Notes under the pieces: generated by a model
The model's input: the letters and a program-made list of their open reading frames with translations, nothing else
What the model was told of the DNA's origin: nothing
Database searches by the model: none
Shown here: one piece after another, positions 57,200-64,000 of the stretch
How positions within the stretch are numbered: the stretch's first letter is position 1
How the letters are laid out: each line of letters begins with the position of its first letter
Position numbers and translations under genes: made by a program
NCBI GenBank assembly: GCA_964016885.1
Contig: OZ024741.1
Span: forward strand, 9,548,001-9,612,000
Reading direction: 5' to 3'
DNA length: 64,000 nt
DNA from: Eledone cirrhosa
Taxonomy: Eukaryota

Positions 57200-60100
57200 C
57201 CACAGTGTTGTAACTAAAGATACCACAGTGTTGTAACTAAAGGTACCATAGTGTTGTAACTAAAGGTACCACAGTGTTGTAACTAAAGATACCACAGTGT
57301 TGAAACTAAAGGTACCACAGTGTTGAAACTAATGATACCACAGTGTTGAAACTAAAGGTACCACAGTGTTGAATCTAAAGGTATCACAGTGTTGAGACTA
57401 AAGGTACCACAGTGTTGAAACTAAAGGTACCACAGTGTTGAAACTAAAGGTACAACGGTGTTGAAACTAAAGGTATCAGAGTGTTGAAACTAAAGGTACC
57501 ACAGTGGTGAAACTAAAGGTACCACAGTGATGTAACTAATAGTACAACAGTGTTGTAACGAAAGGTACCACAGTGTTGTAACTAAATGTACCACAGTGTT
57601 GTAACTAAATGTACCATAGTGTTGAAACTAATGGTACCACAGTGTTGTAACTAAAGATACCACAGTGTTGAAACTAAAGGTACCACAGTGTTGAAACTAA
57701 AGGTACCACAGTGTTGAAACTAAAGGTACCACAGTGTTGAAACAAAAGGTACCACGGTGTTGAAACTAAAGGTATCAGAGTGTTGAAACTAAAGGTACCA
57801 CAATGTTGAAACTAAAAGTACCACAGTGTTGTAACTAAGGGTACGACCGTGTTGAAACTAAAGGTACCACAGTGTTGAAACTAAAGGTATCATAGTGTTG
57901 AAACTAAAGGTACCACGGTGTTGAAACTAAAGGTATCAGAGTGTTGAAACTAAAGGTACCACAGTGTTGAAACTAAAGGTACCACAGTGTTAAAACTAAA
58001 GGTATCAGAGTGTTGAAACTAAAGGTACCACGGTGGTGAAACTAAAGGTACCACAGTGATGTAACTAAAGGTACAACAGTGTTGTAACTAAAGGTGCCAC
58101 AGTGTTGTAACTAAAGGTACCACAGTGTTGAAACTAAATCTATCATAGTGTTGCAACTAAAGGTACCACAGTAATGTAACTAAATGTACCAGAGTTTTGA
58201 AACTAAAGGTACCACAGTGTTGAAATTAAAGTTACCACAGTGTTGAAACTAAAGGTATCACAGTGTTGAAATTAAAGGTACCACATTGTTGAAACTAAAG
58301 GTACCACAGTGTTGAAACTAAAGGTATCACAGTGTTGAAACTAAAGATACCACAGTGACTTAACTAAAGGTACCACAGTGTTGAAACTAAAGGTACCATG
58401 GTGTTGTAACTAAAGGTACCACAGTTTTGTAATTAAAGGTACCACAGTGTTGAAACTAAAGGTACCACAGTGTCGAAACTAAAGGCACGACAGTGTTGAA
58501 ACTAAAGATACCACAGTGTTGAAACTAAAGGTACCACAGTGTTGAAACTAATGATACCACAGTGTTGAAACTAAAGGTACCACAGTGTTGAATCTAAAGG
58601 TACCACAGTGTTGAAACTAAAGGTACCACAGTTTTGTAATTAAAGGTACCACAGTGTTGAAACTAAAGGTACCACAGTGATGTAACTAAAGGTACAACAG
58701 TGTTGTAACTAAAGGTACAACAGTGTTGTAACTAAAGGTACCACAGTGTTGTAACTAAAGATACCACAGTGTTGAATCTAAAGGTATCACAGTGTTGAGA
58801 CTAAAGGTACCACAGTGTTGAAACTAAAGGTACCACAGTGTTGAAACTAAAGGTACAACGGTGTTGAAACTAAAGGTATCAGAGTGTTGAAACTAAAGGT
58901 ACCACAGTGTTGAAACTAAAAGTATCACAGTGTTGTAACTAAAGGTACCACAGTGTTGAAACTAAAGCTATCAGAGTGTTGAAACTAAAGGTACCACATT
59001 GATGTAACTAAATGTACCAGAGTGTTGAAACTAAAGGTACCACAGTATTGAAATTAAAGTTACCACAGTGTTGAAACTAAAGGTATCACAGTGTTGAAAC
59101 TAAAGGTACCACAGTGTTGAAACTAAAGGTACCACAGTGTTGAAACTAAAGGTATCACAGTGTTGAAACTAAAGGTACCACAGTGATGTAACTAAAGGTA
59201 CCATAGTGTTGAAACTAAAGGTACCACAGTTTTGAAACTAAAGGTACTACACCGTTGAAACTAAAGGTATCAGTGTGTTGAAAATTAAGGTAGCACAATG
59301 TTGAAAATTAAGGTACCACAGTGTTGAAACTAAAGGTATCACAGTGTTGAAGCTAAAGGTATCAGGGTGTTGAAACTAAAGGTACCACAGTGTTGAAAAG
59401 AAAGGTACCACAGTGTTGAAACTAAAGGTATCAGATTGTTGAAACTAAAGGTACCACAGTGATGTAACTGAAAGGTACCACAGTGTTGAAACCAACGGTA
59501 CTACAGTGTTGTAACTAAAGGTACCACAGTGTTGTAACTAAATGTAATAGAGTGTTGAAACTAAAGGTACCACTGTGTTGAAACTAAAGGTACCACAGTG
59601 TTGAAATTAAATGTACCACAGTGTTGAAACTAAAGGTAATAGAGTGTTGTAACTAAAGGTATAACAGTGTTGAAACTAAAGGTATCAGAGCGTTGAAACA
59701 AAATCTACCACAATGATGTAACTAAGTGTACCAGAGTCTTGAAACTAAGGGTACCACAGTGATGAAACTAAATGTACCAGAGTGTTGAAACTAAAGGTAC
59801 AACAGTGTTGAAATTAAAGGTACCACAGTGTTGAAACTAAAGGTATAACAGTGTTGAAACTAAAGGTACCACAGTGTTGAAACTAACGGTACCACAGTGT
59901 TGAAACTAAAGCTACGATGGTGTTGTAACTAAAGATACCACAGTGTTGTAATTAAAGGTACCACAGTGTTGAAACTAAAGGTACCACAGTGTCGAAACTA
60001 AAGGTACGACAGTGTTGAAACTAAAGGTACCACAGTCTTGAAACTAAAACTACCACACTGGAGAAACTAAAACTACCACAGTGTTGAAACTAAAGTTATC

Positions 60101-63100
60101 ACAGTGTTGAAACTAAAGCTACCACAGTGTTGAAACTAAAGCTACCACAATGTTGAAACTAAAGTACCACAGTGTTGAAACTAAAGGTATCACAGTTTTG
60201 AAACTAAAGTACCACAGTGTTGAAACTAAAGGTATCAGAGTGTTGAAACTAAAGGTACCACAGTGTTGAAACTAAAGGTATCACAGTTTTGAAACTAAAG
60301 TACCACAGTGTTGAAACTAAAGTACCACAGTGTTGAAACTAAAGGTACCACAGTGTTGAAACTAAAGGTACCACAGTGTTGAAACTAAAGGTACCACGGT
60401 GGTGAAACTAAAGGTTCCACAGTGATGTAACAGAAGGTACCACAGTGTTGAATCTAAAGGTATCAGAGTGTTGAAATTAAAGGTACCACAGTGTTGAAAC
60501 TAATGGTACTAAAGTGTTGAAACTAAAGGTACCACGGTGGTGAAACTAAAGGTTCCACAGTGATATAACTAAAGGTACCACAGTGTTAAACCTAAAGGTA
60601 CCACAGTGCTGAAACTAAAGGTATCAGAATGTTGTAACTAGATTTACCACAGTGTTGATATTAAAGATGTCACAGTGTTGAAACTAAAGGTACCACAGTG
60701 TTGAAACTAAAGGTGCCACAGTATTGTAACTAAAGGTACCACAGTGTTGTAACCAAGTGTACAATAGTGTTGAAACTAATGGTACCACATTGTTGTAACT
60801 AAAGATACCACAGTGTTGAAACTAAAGGTACCACAGTGTTGAAACTAATGATACCACAGTGTTGAAACTAAATGTAACACAGTGTTGAAACTAACGCTAT
60901 CAGAATGTTGAAACTAAAGGTAACACAGTGTTGAAACTAAAGATACCACAGTGTTGAAACTAAAGGTATCAGAGTGTTGAAACTAAAGGTACCACGGTGG
61001 TGAAACTAAAGGTACCACAGTGATGTAACTAATAGTACAACAGTGTTGTAACTAAAGGTACCACAGTGTTGTAACTAAATGTACCACAGTGTTGTAACGA
61101 AATGTACCATAGTGTTGAAACTAATGGTACCACAGTGTTGTAACTAAAGATACCACAGTGTTGAAACTAAAGGTACCACAGTGTTGAAACTAATTATACC
61201 ACAGTGTTGATACTAAAGGTACCACAGTGTTGAAGCTAAAGTTATCACAGTGTTGAGACTAAAGGTACCACAGTGTTGAAACTAAAGGTACCACAGTGTT
61301 GAAACTAAAGGTACCACGGTGTTGAAACTAAAGGTATCAGAGTGTTGAAACTAAAGGTAACACAATGTTGAAACTAAAAGTACCACAGTGTTGTAACTAA
61401 AAGTACGACCGTGTTGAAACTAAAGGTACCACAGTGTTGAAACTAAAGTTATCATAGTGTTGAAACTAAAGGTACCACGGTGTTGAAACTAAAGGTATCA
61501 GAGTGTTGAAACTAAAGGTACCACAGTGTTGAAACTAAAGGTACCACAGTGTTGAAACTAAAGGTATCAGAGTGTTGAAACTAAAGGTACCACGGTGGTG
61601 AAACTAAATGTACCACAGTGTTGAAACTAAAGGTATCACAGTGTTGAAATTAAAGGTACCACATTGTTGAAACTAAAGGTACCACAGTTTTGAAACTAAA
61701 TGTATCACAGTGTTGAAACTAAAGATACCACAGTGACTTAACTAAAGGTACCACAGTGTTGAAACTAAAGGTACCATGGTGTTGTAACTAAAGGTACCAC
61801 AGTTTTGTAATGAAAGGTACCACAGTGTTGAAACTAAAGGTACCACAGTGTCGAAACTAAAGGCACGACAGTGTTGAAACTAAAGGTACCACAGTGATGT
61901 AACTAACGGTAACACAATGTTGTAACTAAATGTACCAGAGTGTTCAAACTAAATGTATCATAGTGTTGAAACTAAAGGTACCTCAGTGTTGAAACTAAAG
62001 GAACCATAGTGTTGTAACTAAAGGTACCACAGTGTTGTAACTAACGGTTTCAGAATGTTGTAACTAAAGGTACCACAGTGTTGAAACTAAAGGTACCACA
62101 GTGCTGCAAATAAAGGTACCACAGTGTTGAAACTAAAACTACCACAATGTACAAACTAAAACTACCACATTGTTGAAACTAAAGGTATCACAGTGTTGAA
62201 ACCAAAGCTACCACAGTGTTGAAACTAACGTACCACAGTGTTGAACCTAAAGGTATCACAGTTTTGAAACTAAAGTACCACAGTGTTGAAACTAACGTAC
62301 CACAGTGTTGAAACTAAAGGTATCACAGTTTTGAAACTAAAGTACCAGAGTGTTGAAACTAAAGTACCAGAGTGTTGAAACTAAAGGTACCACAGTGTTG
62401 AAACTAAAGGTACCACAGTGTTGAAACTAAAGGCATCAGAGTGTTGAAACTAAAGGTACCACAGTGTTGAAACTAATGGTACTCCAGTGTTGAAACTAAA
62501 GGTACCACGGTGGTGAAACTAAAGGTTCCACAGTGATATAACTGAAGGTACCACAGTGTTGAAACTAAAGATACCTCAGTGTTGAAACTAAAGGTACCAT
62601 AGTGTTGTAACTAAAGGTACCACCGTGCTGTAACTAAAGGTATCAGAATGTTGTAACTAAAGGTACCACAGTGTTGAAACTAAAGGTACCACAGTGTTGC
62701 AACTAAAGGTACCACAGTGTTGAAACTAAAACTACCACACTGTAGAAACTAAGACTACCACAGTGTTGAACCTAAAGCTACCACAGTGTTGAAACTAAAG
62801 TACCACAGTGTGAAAACTAAAGTACCAGAGTGTTGAAACTAAAGGTATCAGAGTGTTGAAACTAAAGGTACCACAGTGTTGAAACTAAAGGTACCAGAGT
62901 GTTGAAACTAAAGGTACCACGGTGGTGAAACTAAAGGTTCCACAGTGAAGTAACTGAAGGTACCACAGTGTAGAATCTAAAGGTATCAGAGTGTTGAAAC
63001 TAAAGGTACCAGAGTGATGTAACTAAATGTACCACAGTGTTGAAACTAAAGGTACCACAATGTTGTAACTAAACGTACGACAGTGTTAAAACTAAAGGTA

Positions 63101-63780
63101 CCACAGTGCTGAAACTAAAGGTATTAGAATGTTGTAACTAAAGTTACCACAGTGTTGAAGTAAAAGATGTCACAGTGTTGAAACTAAAGGTACCACAGTG
63201 TTGAAACTAAAGGTGCCACAGTATTGTAACTAAAGGTACCACAGTGTTGTAACTAAATGTACCACGGTGGTGAAACTAAAGGTACCACAGTGATTAACTA
63301 AAGGTACCACAGTGTTGTAACTAAATGTACCATAGTGTTGAAACTAATGGTACCACAGTGTTGTAACTAAAGATACCACAGTGTTGAAACTAAAGGTACC
63401 ACAGTGTTGAAACTAATGGTATCACAGTGTTGAAACTAAAGGTACCACAGTTTTGAAACTAAAGGTACCACAGTGTTGAAACTAAAAGTACCACAGTGTT
63501 GTAGCTAAAGGTACCACAGTGTTGAAACTAAAACTATCAGAGTGTTGAAACTAAAGGTACGACAGTGATGTAACTAAAGGTACCATAGTGTTGAAACTAA
63601 AGGTACCACAGTGTTGAAATTAAAGGTACCACAGTGTTGAAACTAAAGGTACCACAGTGTTGAAACTAAAGGTACCACAGTGTTGAAACTAAAGGTACCA
63701 CAGTGTTGAAACTAAACTACCACAATGTAGAAACTAAAACTAACACATTGTTGAAACTAAATGTATCACAGTGTTGAAAC
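57200..63780. repeat. Dispersed, more diverged copy of block ~33100-39620 at ~24.0-24.15-kb offset
   Basis: TACACCG 35231/59248 and the 24-bp monomer CTGAAAGG 35451/59468 (+24017); ATAGTAC 33476/57539 (+24063); CTAGATT 36484/60638 (+24154); AATGTACAAAC 38061/62146 (+24085); AATGTAG 39572/63724 (+24152). Confidence 0.85.
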
Positions 63781-64000
63781 TAAAGGTATCATAATGTTGT
63801 AACTAAAGGTACCACAGTGTTGAAACTAAAGGTACCACAGTGTTGAAGCTAAAGGTATCAGAGTGTTGAAACTAAAAGTACCACAGTGTTGAAACAAAAG
63901 GTACCACAGTATTGAAACTAAAGGTATCAGAATGTTGAAACTAAAGGTACCACAGTGATGTATCTAAATGCACCAGAGTGTTGAAACTAAAGGTATCAGA

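Larger units (their letters stand above)
1..64000. repeat. Satellite DNA array, 23-bp monomer GGTACCACAGTGTTGAAACTAAA, head-to-tail, ~2,780 copies, truncated by both window edges
   Basis: Seen directly: the monomer or a variant with a few substitutions recurs continuously from base 1 to 64000 with no intervening unique DNA and no inversion seen. Occasional 22-bp units (AAAGTACC), rare 24-bp units (CTGAAAGG at ~35451 and ~59468) and a 21-bp unit (~53381) occur. Confidence 0.99.

Noticed and set aside
1640-63780. Apparent 12-kb/24-kb harmonic between the two dispersed duplications
   Set aside because: The two offsets involve different blocks, and each is the sum of unrelated younger duplications. 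No marker recurs at regular 12-kb steps, so this is likely coincidence.
1-64000. CRISPR array (repeat contains GTTGAAAC, resembling the -GAAAC end of many CRISPR repeats; 23 bp is at the lower size limit)
   Set aside because: Monomers abut directly with no unique spacers, variation is scattered point substitution, and there is no leader or cas gene.
1-64000. Repetitive protein-coding ORF on either strand
   Set aside because: 23 is not a multiple of 3, and each monomer has TGA and TAA on + and TAG on -, so all six frames stop about every 69 bp under the standard code. Frameshifting 22-mers are also tolerated.
1-64000. Long yeast-type telomeric repeat (Candida albicans repeat is also 23 bp)
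   Set aside because: The consensus differs from ACGGATGTCTAACTTCTTGGTGT, there is no G-rich strand, and inherited variant patterns duplicated over kilobases indicate recombinational rather than telomerase-templated synthesis.
1-64000. Functional 12/23 recombination signal sequences or antigen-receptor locus
   Set aside because: No nonamer at 12 or 23 bp spacing and no V, D or J coding segments. Only the heptamer matches (kept as a low-confidence finding).
1-64000. Plasmid iteron array, or synthetic construct/concatemer artefact (KpnI site in each unit, rolling-circle product)
   Set aside because: There is no rep gene or vector sequence, and the scale far exceeds iteron arrays. Hierarchically shared variants with diverged copies are not produced by ligation or rolling-circle amplification of one template, although individual near-identical duplications could still be assembly errors.
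1-64000. tRNA/rRNA/ncRNA genes, promoters, terminators, transposon insertions or strand inversions
   Set aside because: None seen: no non-satellite segment and no reverse-complement monomer (TTTAGTTTCAACACTGTGGTACC) was noticed on the + strand. Short motif matches inside the repeat would be uninformative.

Overview
The whole 64-kb window is one uninterrupted head-to-tail satellite array of a 23-bp monomer, consensus GGTACCACAGTGTTGAAACTAAA (39% GC, no CpG in the consensus, about 2,780 copies by length/23), all in one orientation and running off both window edges. I saw no unique sequence, gene, RNA gene, transposon or CRISPR spacer, and every reading frame on both strands is closed roughly every 69 bp. 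The real information is in the order of variant monomers. Rare diagnostic variants show nested tandem duplications with periods of about 115, 184, 299, 320, 1,495, 1,742, 2,041, 3,212, 3,489, 4,907-4,953, 5,019-5,029 and 5,305 bp. They also show dispersed copies at about 12.0-kb and 24.1-kb offsets and a conserved older order of monomer types. Each monomer carries a KpnI palindrome (GGTACC), a perfect RSS/Transib-type heptamer (CACAGTG) and an overlapping RUNX-type core (ACCACA); any function for these is speculative. The length and organisation fit eukaryotic heterochromatic or centromeric satellite, but the organism and family cannot be identified from the sequence. Offsets were measured by eye from marker variants, and block boundaries are approximate (about +/-100 bp). 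I found no direct evidence for a novel gene system.
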